Shown piece by piece: positions 12,401 to 25,470 of a DNA stretch of 64,000 nucleotides. Position 1 is the first letter of the stretch, and each line of letters starts with the position of its first letter. The notes beneath the pieces were generated by a model. It saw nothing but the letters and a program-made list of their open reading frames with translations. It was not told the DNA's origin and did no database searches. The position numbers and the translations under genes were made by a program. The stretch lies in contig CM082577.2 of NCBI GenBank assembly GCA_040954595.2, forward strand, positions 3,119,703 through 3,183,702. The letters are read 5' to 3'. Source of the stretch: Balanoglossus misakiensis (taxonomy: Eukaryota; Animalia; Hemichordata).

Positions 12401-15400
12401 ACCCTCTTCCAGTAACCATAAGTTGGCAGACCAAATAAAGATGCTGAAAAGAATAGGCCAAAAATAATAGTTTAAATAAATGATACAAAGTTGCCATAAA
12501 ACGCAATGTTCAACATTACCTCCTACTTCCCACGTACAGCTCCAGCCCTGCCTCACAATCGTTTTATCAGTATACCAATACAGAAACACTGTGTCGCTGT
12601 TAATTGTAACAGGTCCGGGAGGCACTAATCCTTCATACACATAGTAATCAGTTCCATTCTCAAAGACCAAAGGCGCTGGCAGGTCCAGACCGGGACCAAG
12701 ATACAGTTCGTCTTTGTTGACTTCAATGTCAAAACGCCGGTCAAAGGTGAAAGTTATTTGCGTTGCTCCTGGGATGTACAACAAGTACATCTTCTGGTCC
12801 CTGTCCGAGTAGAGGTCAGGGAAGTTTGGTGAACTAAACGTTCCCGTTGTACAACCTTCGCCATAGCAGCTATCTATCTCACTAATACCATACCCTAGGA
12901 GGAGAGAAAAATTGCATCTTTCGTTACAAGTTTCACTGACTTTAAAGTAGAACGCACACTGGAAACCGTATCTTTCAATTCTGCTCTATAATAAAATTTG
13001 GGAGGAGTGTTGTTGGAATCAAACGAGAAAACAAGGTATTCACCATGCTTTTCATCATTAAAGAGCTGCCTCTAAATATTTTCCATAAACTTAAAATTGG
13101 CAGCCATTTTGAATTTCAAATTTGCCCTCTTTCAAAATTTTGCATGGTGGCCCCAAATTTCTATTCCCATTTTTTTAAAAGTGAACAATCTAAAGTTGCA
13201 GTGAGCAAAATATGAGAGAAAGTTTAAGACTTTGATTTTCGAGGTGCGCACTACCTTAATCATTTCACCCCCAGTTCCCTTTTTAGAGGTCCATGCACCT
13301 TACCATAGAAAACAATGGGTTTGGACTGAACTACGGTGGTGTAAGGGTTAAATATATTGGAGGAAATGAAAAGTGAAGTTTCAGATACTTGTATCCCAAG
13401 TCTGAAGTCTGTAATCTCCCAGACGTGAGATGTTACACTGGCATAACCCCCCCCCCCCCCCCCCCCCCCGATTTTTGCCTATCCCTTGAATCCGCCTTAC
13501 TGCAAGACACTGTTTTGCTAGCAAAGGTATAATCAGCTGTGTTAAAATGCAGCCATCATACTTACGGACTCCCTCATTTGCACATGTTCGCCCGAAATAA
13601 GTGCCCTGGCATGTGCACACATATCCAGATGGTCTGTTATAGCAGGGTATGTGTATACCACAGGGATCATCAGCACATGTAATCTCTACAAAGAAAACAA
13701 CAGAAAAACAATATTGAGAAAATAATTGACACAAAGCAATGGACCCTTTACAGAAAATCAGGGTTCAATTGTTTTTCATGTACATTCCTAGTGATCATAG
13801 CAACTTTTCATTGTCTAAAGTTTGCAACTGAAGAAAACAAAGTTTAAAATGCTAGCTACTACATGGTTACTAATGATTGTGTGCATGGCATGGATATAGT
13901 TTTGAGGAAAATGAAAACAGTCAATCAAAATGTTGAAACAGATATCCCTGGCTGAGAAATCTGCAGTAAAGACACATTTAGTAGTTCCAGTTCTACTATC
14001 TATGATTTGGCTTTGTTTGTGTGGAGGGTCCGTGCTTGGATGTTTTCACCTGGTATCTGATCAGGTTGATAATGCGCAAACAAAACACAACTATTAATCC
14101 CCCTTAAATTCCTTTGTTACGAAATGGAAATGCTGTCAAAGCACAACATTCACAAAGAAGCTGGGATCCAAGCAAATGCGAAATGTCTCAAACCGTGACA
14201 GGTCATTAATTAAAACGTCTATGTATGATGAAGCGCCACTACCCCAGTTCCATGATCTTACCAAATCTGGGAGTTTCATACTTCAAAGTACTTAAGATTT
14301 CTAAGTACCGGTACTGGTAGAAGTCTGTGATGTACGCGACTCGAACTTCCTTGGCGGGGACAATCGCATCGACTTTGTTTGTATACGCAGCTGCAGTACA
14401 CTGCGTACTGATGTATGGAGAACATATGATATATACACACTGTCACTATACATCCAACCAGAGTCACTCCACACACTGTTGTCCAACTATTAAGTAAATT
14501 TGTGTGTGAAGATATAATGTGAGATCCGTCCCTAGCTCCTGGCTTTACCTCGATCCTATATATATATACCCACATCAGGCGTTTGTTGACAGGAGAATAT
14601 CTAGATTTTAGTGGGTATACTGAAAATAATGTTGCCACTATCATGACTCTATTGGCCACTCGGCGACGTCGACCAATATATATAATCCACTTGAAACCAC
14701 ATATAGAGATTATCCTGTCAACAAGGGCTTGTATTACATGTATAACTCCTCAAGTAGGTACAAATCAAATCGAAAACATATCACACTAGTCAACTGGCCT
14801 ACGAACCATAAGATCATATGTGAAAATTAAGTCATCACAATCCATGATCACGGCTGACGCTGGACCATTCATGCATCAACTTCTTCACAGACCTGCAGTC
14901 TTTCCTCTAGTTAAACATTGCAGTCAAGTGTCTAGCGACTGAAGTTTAGCTATGTTGGTAAAAACGACCGTCACGATCACCGACGTTCGCCTATCTTTGA
15001 TTTGCCTTTACTAGAGTAGCAATGTTTAGCAATCTATCAAGTATAAGATCAGAGCACGGTTATGACCGCCCTCATCGGCCACATTCTGGATCCGAGTCAT
15101 TCTCAGTCAGGGAATGTTGAATGGTTTCTCTATTGTCTCTGCTGCACGGTTGGCGTTTACTCTGTCAACGGCTCCTGATATTACAGCAAATTATACATTG
15201 ATTGAATATAAAACCAAAGGTCAACATATTTGTCCTTGTTATCTGAATTTCACTGGGCTGTGATAGGCGGATCCGATAATATTGTCGTGAAAGTATAAAT
15301 GCCACTGAATTAACCCTCCATTTTACCAGAATCAATGGATCCACTCACGTGCAAGCAATTACTGTCAGATACAATCTATGAACCTCCCCGATTTAATAAC

Positions 15401-18400
15401 GAGATTTTCTATCGTTGAAAGGAAATCATAACATAGAGAATGGATCGAACTTTTCAGATATGAGTGCTTTCCATAGTTAGTGCCCTATAAATCTAATGAT
15501 CTGATGAGGGGACGCAGTCGAACAAAAGGCAGCGAGATCGTGACATTGTGCTGCTTGGTCCCCGGCCGTCACACCCAATCGCTGTCAATTAAGGAAGAAA
15601 ACTAGTCCATCTTTTGATGCCTCCACAAATGCATTTTGCAGAAGAAATGCACTTGAGTCAGTTCATGTTGTCGACAATTTCTATAGAATTTCAGACATTG
15701 CGCATACACGAAAGTAACATCTACGACCAGGGCCTACGACCAGTCATGGTAGATAACCAGTTATAAGATGAAAATAAACAAAAATAGCTTGCGCACACTT
15801 CTTTTTCGAGAAGCACCACTACTTTTCGCAAAAACGCTGTATACACAAAACTCGGGCGGGAATGCTTGGGTTGTGTGTAGGCTACTCAGCCAAACACCTT
15901 GCATTCAGGAGTCCATCATCGCTGCGAATCCGTGTCCCTACCATCATCTGTCGGTTTGCCAGGTTCGGAGAGAGGTTGGCCCGTGGGCGAGTGGTAGGGC
16001 AGCGGATATCGCAGCAACATGAATACCAAGGGCATTTGCACTGTATTTCCATTCTGCTATCTGTGATGAAGATATACATTTGCAGTGGTTGACTGAACAT
16101 CGCCGTTAAGTCTTATATGATGCTCATCGATGTGATTAGTCCTTCAAGTGTGTAATAAATCTTGTAAGTATTCCGCAGTACGTTTTCTCTACGTGCTCGC
16201 CGCAGACTCCGTGCATGCTGTCTGGATTCCAATGCAATTAAACGCAAAATATTTGGTATTCACGCAGATCTCGAGATGGCGTGGAAGTTGGGACTGTTCC
16301 CTTTCAAATATGGTGAGGAGTAGTCCTTCTGTATTAATGAAAGACTTACTCCGAGGACAAATAATTCATTACGACAGTGGCTGCGCTAAACGATTTAACA
16401 CTAACTGTTACTCAAGAACGTGACCTGAAGGTAGATGATGGCGTTGAGGCCCGGGCGATGCAATTATAAAAGAAGGAAATAAAATGAGACATATGCAGCT
16501 TTAAAGCGAACCGTATTTTTTTCGTTGTTTGGAATTACATAATTGATCACGGTAGTCATTACACCTAGCTTTACGTTTACAGTCTCGAGTCGAGTTCCAA
16601 TATAGCAGAGACAATCAAGGTTTACACATCGATAACAACACGTGCAAATTGAAAAGTTCCGCAACTGCGAAACCGCTCAGCCTCGGCAGCGATTAATCTC
16701 AGGATATGCGTCATCGCCATGGCAACACGGGACCCTCGGGGCCAGGGCTTCCCTGCCAGTTGATCAGGCAAATCTAGAACTCGGAAGTAGCGAACATTTG
16801 ACATTAAGCACTCACAATGAAAACATTACGATGTTATCGAGAAACGTCTCTCACGTGAGACCAGCGCTCCCTGTTAAATTAATGTAGAACGATCGTTTAT
16901 GATTTTTTACATTTGCTTTAACGATGGATTTCTCGATGCGTGCATTGCCATGCCACCTTTATTGCAAATTTTCTTTAGTGGGCCTACCGGCATATCTCAA
17001 GTAATGTTTCAAGTAATGTTTTAATATTGCATCGAGGAAAACATTCGCAATTCTCGACAATTTTTCGGACTGATTTTCTCGAAATCGCCAATGTTGGAAA
17101 AACCATGTAAACCCAAGGGCACATAGCATAGGTGTACGTGTGTGTGTTAATATGGTCGATAAAGCTTCCACAGTAGGTCACGCTTTTTCAAAGTCTATAA
17201 GGCCTATAGTACGGGCGCGTAGGTGCGCCACTAGTACTGTGCCAGTATAATAGTCAACAGAACTGGTCAAACGACGCCGGATTCTTTCACCCAACAACCA
17301 ACGCTCGCTTGATACCAGTACATGTCTACATGAATATTTGCTTGACTAACCGCGGTCACAACACATTATTATCATATAACGGGCCTCTATGGCTTCTCTG
17401 TCAGCGGATCCAGATTATACCGCTTGTCACAACACAGTGGAAAGACAGCCACCACGCCTATTATACGGCTGTTGTGTTGTACCGGGTGGACAATAGGAAA
17501 GCAAAAGGAAAAATATTATTCCCAATAAATATGAGACTGTGGTTTATTGAACCAGTCGTGGTGGCCTTGAAGATCTCTGTCTAAGGTGTGTGTGTGTGGG
17601 GGGGGGGGGGGGGGAGTTGTGAATCTGATCGCAAGCTGGGGACACCATTTTTGGTGGCTACCCCGCCCCTAATTGTTTGTCTACGTTGATTTCTTCGTGA
17701 ATATTCCGTGCACACCCACCGTCTTGCACAACAACTGGGGACGTGAACCGCATTGGCAATATTATAAGCCCATGAACGAAATTGATTGCGAATGTGTCGG
17801 TAACAAGGAGGTCGATTTATCTCACTCACTCAACTTTCCGAGTTCCCTGTTCCTGTCGACAGCGCAGGCTTCAAGCCGTGTGCGATTAGGAAGGGCGCAA
17901 CGTTTGCATTTTGATTTCACGGCCGCGTGCGTTAATTCTGCCGAGGCCCTCTGTCGGATAAGGGCAATTTCGAATTTATTCAGCTCGTCCGCGAAATATA
18001 TAAAGTATCGGGGACATGACGGTAAAAATAATTTTACTCACGAAAATAAAACATTTATATTTGAGAGCCTGGCAGTAATGAAAACAGTGGGTCTCCTTCT
18101 GCATCTACTACATTTAATCGCCTACTCCTCGCGTAAAAAAACCAATGTTATAGGTTTTCGCGGACATATAAAGAAGCAGGAACTCATAAGAGTTTGACGA
18201 AATTAATAAAAATCTTGATGAACGCGATCTAGAGCGAATGCGTGTATAAAGAGCATATTTGAACACTTGAAATATATGTCGGCTTTTCCGCTATATGCTT
18301 TGGTAGTCTGGTCGCCATTGATATAGATGGGCGCATACATTTCTTAGAAAATATCCATCTTGTGTTGGCGTCAGAAATATTCTTTTGTCTTTCCACGGCA

Positions 18401-21400
18401 CAGCAGCGACTTCCCTTTCTAAATTACGTTTCAATTTGTTTGAAAAGCGAGGTGTCTAGATAATTAGCCACCAGTTATTTGTAATGTTAGGAAAACGCCT
18501 GGCCTCCAGAAGCTTTTGCGGTCAAAACCAGTCATGGTGCATGCAACTAGAGCTTTGTCCCGGAGTGACACGAATGTTTGTTACAATCTCTTTAAAAGTT
18601 GCAACGAAGCCTGAACACAATGCATTCTCTCCTCGTTAATGTTATTCTATAGCTGGACATAAAAGTCAAGATTCCTCTATTCAGGGCTCTGTACTTTGTT
18701 TCAGTGCCAGCGTCGCGTTGCGAGTATAACCCTCCGCGAGTGAAAGAGAGAAAAAACAGTGGAACACCTTAAAAGTAAACACGCTCATTGTGTTTTCAAA
18801 ATGAGCTGCGCGGTTTCTTTCTTGTACTTGCGCTGGGATTCAAAGTAACTACTGAACTGAAGTGCGAGGCCGGCCACCCCGTCTTTTTTATTGTCAGTGT
18901 GAGAACTTGCAGCGGTTTTTACTTTCGTGGGGGCCAACCAACAGACAGGCAACTCTTGCGACACTTCAGTTCTGTTGTGGTGGCGACATTGATTGAAGTA
19001 ACGTACGCACACACGGCTGCATTCAATTGACAACGTTTCTACCGGATAAATACAGACATTCTGTCAACAAAATGGGCATATGAGCAATCTAATTCAGCAG
19101 CTCTATATCAAATTTGAGTGTTACATTCACATCCGAACCTCCACCTTCGACCTTTCACTGTGTCAATGGCCAATGTGTACGGTCTAATCTGGAAGCCTTT
19201 CTAATCTGGACATGTTTTCAAACCCCATTCACATGGTTTTAAAACACAGCCTATGAACCAGGCGCCTTTGCAATCTGAACTGTTATAGCATTTAGTTTTT
19301 TAAATGACTCCGTGCGTCAAGCAAATAAGGCTGTACCGACCATTATTTTTATATCAGGGTCAAAATGTAAGCTTTTACCGCATGAAACTATACAAAGGGG
19401 CAACCTCGACGTCTCTTGTAGCGCACCTTCACGATCGTGTCAACAATTACCGGCGAAGCTCGAGCGCATATTATTTCATTAATTTGTTTTCCTTCAGCTA
19501 CCGGGCTATCTCCAGAGGGTTTGTCGTGCATTAACAGGCGTCGCCATCGATCTGACAGCAATGGCTACAGGTATTGGGATGCCTGTCACGTCATTCGAAG
19601 TCAAACATGCAAACACAGTGACGTCACGCGTGATAGAAGAAAGTGATGTCCCTCATATAACCTTGCTAATACAAATGTACACGGAGAATAAATAAAACAT
19701 ATCATTTGAACGTGTGTGTGTGTGTGTCTGTGTGTCTGCCTGCCTGTCTGTCTGTCTATCTGTCTGTCTCTGTATGTATGTTTGTATGTATGTATGTATG
19801 TATGTGACTTATATGTCGAGGCCAGAAACTCTATCGATCGATTTACCAGTTTTTTGTTAGACGAGTTTTTCGGTCAACATATCTCATTTTGTTTCTACAT
19901 GTCTCCTTTTGTGACTGCGCATGCATCTGATGCTTCCCCATCACCCGCTCACCTCACCCCCATCTCTTAAAATTGAATGAAATCATCGGATGTTACTTCT
20001 CATTCCCCAATACATTTGCCTTGAGCTATATAACGTTCCAAAATTGTGTGCTTTTTTATGATTTTTCTCCATATCACATTTCAACCACCTGTTAACTCTG
20101 CTTTCCCGTTTATATACCACTCCTCCCCTTTCTCTCGCATCCCACCAACAAATTTCTGGCGATTTCGATGACCTTATAGGTGTCACGGACATTCATTGAA
20201 CAGCGTGGTATGCGAAACATCCATGCTTCAGTGTAATGTTATTGAAACCACGAACAATGGGTGAAGTACCAACGCCCTTATCTTTTCAGCGTAGCCTAGG
20301 GAGGCGTGCGTGAAAAAGAACGTAATGTTCTCACCACCCACGCAGGTCACAGTTTACAACTTTGCCCTTTATTGAAGACATCAATTTTTGGTGGTTTGCT
20401 TTTGGACCTTTTTGAAATACCTTCGAAGGGTCATTGCATGCTTAACGGTGGTGACGTTCAACCTCGTGTACTTTTTTGATGCAAGATGAGAAAAATTAAA
20501 CGATATCGATCAACAATAAATACTTGACTTCTAAAAATAAACTTTATATTTGATTCATTTATGTAACACAGGTAAAATGCCATATCGTCAACAATTGAAG
20601 CCAATACAATACGGTATACGCAGGGAAAAATTGATAGTCAAGAACACAAAACAGAGACTGGGAATTCCTGAGACATGATTCACCGAACAAGATTATAGGC
20701 TACTTTTTGTTGGGTTTCTTCCAGATTTCGTTGTCTGTTTTTCCGTCGCCATTGTTGGGGATGATAATATAAACAGCGCGAGATGGTACCTTTGTAGAAA
20801 GGGGCAATAGGTCTCGACAATTTGAAAGTTATTGACACAGTCCCAGACTTGGAGATGTTTACGCTCTCGCCATGGTGGTTTGTGCGCCGAATCGATTGGC
20901 ACAATTGTTCTAGTTCGGGGGTGCTAGCGAAGGGTCACTGTTCTTCTCTCGGGTGCATGATGGGATGTGGTAGGATATACATAAGACCAAGGACACGACG
21001 GTCTTCATGAAGCCTGCTTCTGTTTTTTCTACCGCGGTTGCCCATCCTTGGGATGTAGTCTATCGCGCAAGATATCGAATTCACCGAAGCGTTATGTGAA
21101 ATCTCGGATGTAAAGTTGTCGCGATAAATTCCTAGCGATAAATCTTACATGTACATGTCATTTGTGAAACGAAACAGACTTTGATCTAATCAAGTGTTAT
21201 CATGCACGTCACCGGCAAGCACTCCCACCCTGGTCCCGACAGCTTTCATTTTTAAGACTAACAAAAACCACTGAACTGTCAAAAACGAGCAACGTCTATT
21301 TTCGTACCAACATCTCGATAGGAATAAACCAAGGAATTAGTCATTCCTTTACCGCAGTGCTTTTTTAATGACTGGAATGAATCAGGGGTAATGAGCGGCA

Positions 21401-24400
21401 AGGGCCTGTCTTTAGTCGAATGGTTTTATACACAATGCCATCAGACTCCACCGATTTATAGGGCAAGCCATTTTATTGTTTTTAATGGTAAAATCGCGAT
21501 TCTTTAGCGGTGCGTTGATGTATGGTGACAGCAATGAAGGGAATGTCCATTTCGTCCACTCGTGGACATGTTTCGTCCATGATTGAATTCCCACCGTTCG
21601 GAACTTTATGCATTCTTTTTCACCTTAAATATCTTCCAACTGTCTTCGATTTTCTTTGCGTTTTCTTCATTAAGTCAATTTGGGGCATAGCTTGACCAGT
21701 ATGATGTGAACTTTCTCTTTCGTTTTGTTTCAGTTTTACATGTAAAGGGAAACGGAAGCAATTCGCTATTTCAATTACTTCATTCATCCAACTCTGGTCT
21801 TTTGTATGCTGTCTTTCATGTCATTCAATTCAATTACACCGACGGCGGTATTAAATCATACACAAGACTTTCCATATTTTAGAGACACTAACGGGAATTA
21901 AATATCGTTATGTGCGCATTCAATCCATTATCAGCCTTGCCGAGTATAATTACGCATACTATTCATACTTTTATATGACTCTCAGCTATGTTCACCCACA
22001 GAGGTGGTATAATTTGTTCCTATACACTGGCATCTGGTTACATGAATACACCCCAGCAATCACAGGATTGACATTCTGTGTGTATATATGGTGGTATGTT
22101 ACCGCCGTCGCTACAAAATCAGACAATGAACCCTGTTTCCATTTCTCACACAATGCTGAGAAGTGGTTTTCGCGAATTATTGTTACCCTTATTTGTGAAC
22201 TATGAATTGTTATTGCTCCTAAGTTACTTTGACAGTTAGACGCGATTATTCAAACCAGTCCAGACAACCAGTCCACGTGGCTCTTTTTCTCAGTTGAAAA
22301 ATACTGGGAGTCTCAGTCTTATAGATTGCTGGCGATAAGCGTTACATTGAATGTCTCCGGTAATCACCCCACCAGAGTATTTTTGGTAGAATTTAAAGTA
22401 TGTGCATTCGATCCGTTGCGTTCGGTTTTCACACAAAGGTGAAGGTCAAATTTTGTGGAAAAATAACATTCCCTACCCTTTAATAATCCCCATCGTCCCA
22501 CTAATTTCTTCCCGGGCGTAAAGTTTGTTTTTACAGTCCTCCCCAGGTAAAAATATCACTTGCCAACCTCTTTACGCACACTTATCAACCCTCTTTGGGG
22601 CTCCCATAATAACATCCAACCCGGCCCCCCACCCATAAAACGTGTTTGCGCCCTTAATCACGACCTTTCTCTCCCATATTTGTCGCGCACAGATGGTAAG
22701 TTAACACAAGCAGCTACCTGCGGTGAAGGGCACCCGTGACGAATTACGGTAAGAAAAGAACAACAAAAGCTCTCAGCTGTAGAAAAAAAAACAGCGTCCC
22801 CGAATTTCGCGACCTCCGGTGAAGTGTTACGAAATAAAAGAATTTTGGCCAGAAGAGTCTAGTGTGACAACTGTTACTGTTTTTTTAAAGTTTTGTTTGT
22901 GTTGTTTTGTTTGTTTTGGTATTTACACAGAACCCATGCGTTTTGTAATTCCAGCTAAAAATGCTATTCAGATAGATATAGAGTATCTAGGATGCCATTC
23001 GCTGAATATTCTCAAACACACGACGATGTATTCGCCGAGTAAAGTTTTGGGAACGCCCAACTTATTGTGGCGGTGAGTCGAAGATTAATCATATTTTACT
23101 TGTGTTCGTTCGGGCGTGGGTCTGGTAGTATCTGTCTGAGATATCCACCCAAAGAAATGTGATTGACTCATAGAGTATTTGTTAAATTCGGTTGAAGAAG
23201 TACAGCGCCTCCACCTATAGGTGTCTCCATTGTATTGTATAGTTCGTGTCACGTGATACACAGTGACAACGAAAAAATACTTGAATTGCATTGAGTGATC
23301 CAAATAGTTCTTTAACCACAATGGATATTGGATATTGGTCATTGCAGATCCGAAACTTTCTAAAATCGGTTTGTGGTGTATTTGCCAGTTCTGATGATAG
23401 CGCGGTGACTTCGTCTTGTCAAAATTTAAGCACCTGTCGGAGAAGGGCATTTATGCAGCCACCAAGGGCACAGTCTTTAAGATAAAATCATAATTGTTTT
23501 AAAGAATCGCCTAAAAATTTGAACAGAATACGGGACCTCGCGTGAACATCCGCCAGAAGTTGGCGTTCGCCAATTTTCGAGTTGTTTTCAAGCAGAAGCT
23601 CGAATGAAGAGTTGATACGACCGTGACCGACATGCTCCGCCATGCATGAGACACGGGAGAACTAGAGTAGGATGACACACGGAGGATTTCGACTGTCCGC
23701 ACTTGACCACAGCTTCACTCAGAACACAAACAAGACTCGCCTTCAGAATGCCTGCCGGCCCAACGAGAATATTTGGGTTTGTTTTATGTGTTCCAAAGCA
23801 TGTTTGAAACGAGCAAAGTATAACTATAAAGTCCATCGGTGTGCAGCATAGCTTGAATATTTCTTGCCACCAAGCTGACCAATAAAACGCATCGCTTGTC
23901 TAAAACCTCCCATGCGTGAAAACTTGGCAAGATGCTTTTCTCGGGGCATATTATAAATTTCCAAAACTCTTAAAAAGTGATTTTACTGACAGTTCTAATG
24001 TTCCACGAGCAAACAGGCCTTTGGCATTTTTCATGGAGAATATACGCATTACGCCATACTTGGGTCAGCAGAATTGTATGGAATTATTTATGAGGGGCAA
24101 CCGATTTTCCTAAGGGTGCGTTCTTCCACGGTTATTTCCCCCGGGTGACTCGACCGTGTCGCGGGGCCTTAAGACATGTCCATGCCCACCACGGCTAGCG
24201 GCGTGGTCACGCGGGGTTTGAAGCTTAACAGATCATCTGGGTTTTGAGGGTACTATCTTTCGCGTCGGTTTTGCCTTAACACTGGTAAAGTCCCAATAGT
24301 ATTGACAAGGCCCCTTTAAATCAAAAGCGCATCGTTTCGAGCGACAAATAACGTCCACAGCTGTCACTGTATGTGCGTTGTAAGCGTGTGACCGTGGCCA

Positions 24401-25470
24401 TGGAAACTGTTCCCTGAGGCAAGAAGACCCTTCGTGATCAACATGTCACCGTGCACATGGGCAGTGGTGTCTGTAGCTGGGGACCAAGCTTGTGGTTGAG
24501 TGTTCCAGACCTGATCACTTGGGACTTGTAACGGCCAATTTACTAAACATACTAAATGAACCAGTATCGGCATGTAGCTAAAACGAACTAAAATTGCTTT
24601 TTGTCACTATCACTGTAACTCTAGCCAACGGCGGCTGGCGTTTTTGATCGATGGACACACAGGTAACCAACGCGTGTGTAACGTGACATATACACAAGTG
24701 GAAATCGATATGTCACAGCACAGCGTTGCCTGTTGCTCCTAATCTGTGATGGAAGCGATCGCTCTCTTCAAATCACTTTCGATAGTCGACGTTGAATTAA
24801 GCTCGTCCTCAGCGAGCGACACAGTCAGACGCATAACGTCAAGCAACAGCCCTCGACTGCAACTCATGGCGAAGGCCGTTGGAATTGGGGTCGTGAGGTT
24901 GGGTGTGGTTAAATCTATAGGTATAGGTGTTTAGTCCGAACGTATACTTAATTTTAATGCGAGTCTCGTCTATTGCGAGACAATGTATAGCTCAATCCAT
25001 AGCACGTATAAGAACAAGCGCGACGCTGGTAATTTAAGCTTAACGCTTATCCATGTCACCGATGCCAACAACCAATTAGGCGAATCCAATCTAAATTTAT
25101 GAGTATGTTTGATCTTCTGGGACTACTGTAGCCTTTGGTTATATGTGTAAGTGTGTGCTACTGCGGCTAGCGTACGCGTGTATAGCGACCGCATTCTCGC
25201 CGTGATTAACATAAAAATGTTAGCTACCGAGTTACGCGCGCAGACGGCTTGTATTTGAACGCATCATGATATTGCATGTAATATATAAGCGACGGCATAC
25301 ACCGGGCGAACGGCTGCCGCCGGTAAATTCGCTGACACTATTGTCGTCAGCCGCAAAATATATGCAGGTTGTTAAAAATCCATTTATAACTCACCTTGAG
25401 CACCGACAATTGACGATATCGCTAACACTAAACTGAAGACTAGAAGCATCTTCATGTCCTGCGCTACCAT
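174..25470 (-). CDS. Gene B (3'-partial, runs off left edge): signal-peptide EGF-CUB protein with a long array of 8-Cys EGF-like repeats, >1320 aa
   Basis: 30 phase-1 exons, in transcript order: 25395-25470, 13566-13685, 12520-12894, 11758-11889, 11166-11288, 10686-10808, 10343-10462, 10034-10156, 9729-9845, 9243-9359, 8888-9010, 8269-8385, 8042-8158, 7481-7597, 7122-7244, 6737-6859, 6415-6531, 6133-6249, 5623-5745, 5159-5281, 4868-4990, 4467-4589, 4030-4146, 3622-3744, 3054-3176, 1847-1969, 1384-1509, 1035-1157, 696-818, 174-407. All internal exons are multiples of 3 with AG/GT borders. The last exon ends in a GTGAGT donor, so the gene continues leftward. The link from the signal exon across an 11.7-kb intron is inferred. 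Confidence 0.85.
2749..2818. repeat. Compound microsatellite (ATTC)n(ATCC)n
   Basis: Directly visible tetranucleotide runs. Confidence 0.9.
7811..8000. mobile_element. Short non-autonomous DNA transposon (MITE-like) with terminal inverted repeats
   Basis: Left end TACTGTAAAACAAGAAATTTTCACG; the reverse complement of the right end is TACTGTAAACTGGGGAAATTTTCGCG. TA at both termini; lies in a gene B intron. Confidence 0.7.
11758..11889 (-). CDS. First EGF of the gene B array, 7 cysteines
   Basis: [44 protein letters not shown]: has the extra Cys after C5 but not the extra Cys between C3 and C4. Confidence 0.88.
12520..12894 (-). CDS. CUB domain exon of gene B
   Basis: 375 nt: ...[62 protein letters not shown]...[21 protein letters not shown]. 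It shares PNFP.LY.DRD, KD...GPG and TD..IV..G with CUB1 of gene A. Confidence 0.9.
12942..13259. mobile_element. TTAA-flanked MITE-like element (Kolobok/piggyBac-type target site)
   Basis: Left end TTAAAGTAGAACGCAC; the reverse complement of the right end is TTAAGGTAGTGCGCAC. Non-coding interior; lies in a gene B intron. Confidence 0.6.
19712..19805. repeat. Compound microsatellite (GT)n/(GTCT)n/(GTAT)n
   Basis: Directly visible imperfect runs. Confidence 0.85.
25395..25470 (-). CDS. Signal-peptide first coding exon of gene B ([25 protein letters not shown])
   Basis: 76 nt, hydrophobic core, V-G-A|Q cleavage-type motif, phase-1 AAG|GTGAGT donor compatible with exon 13566-13685. Confidence 0.8.
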
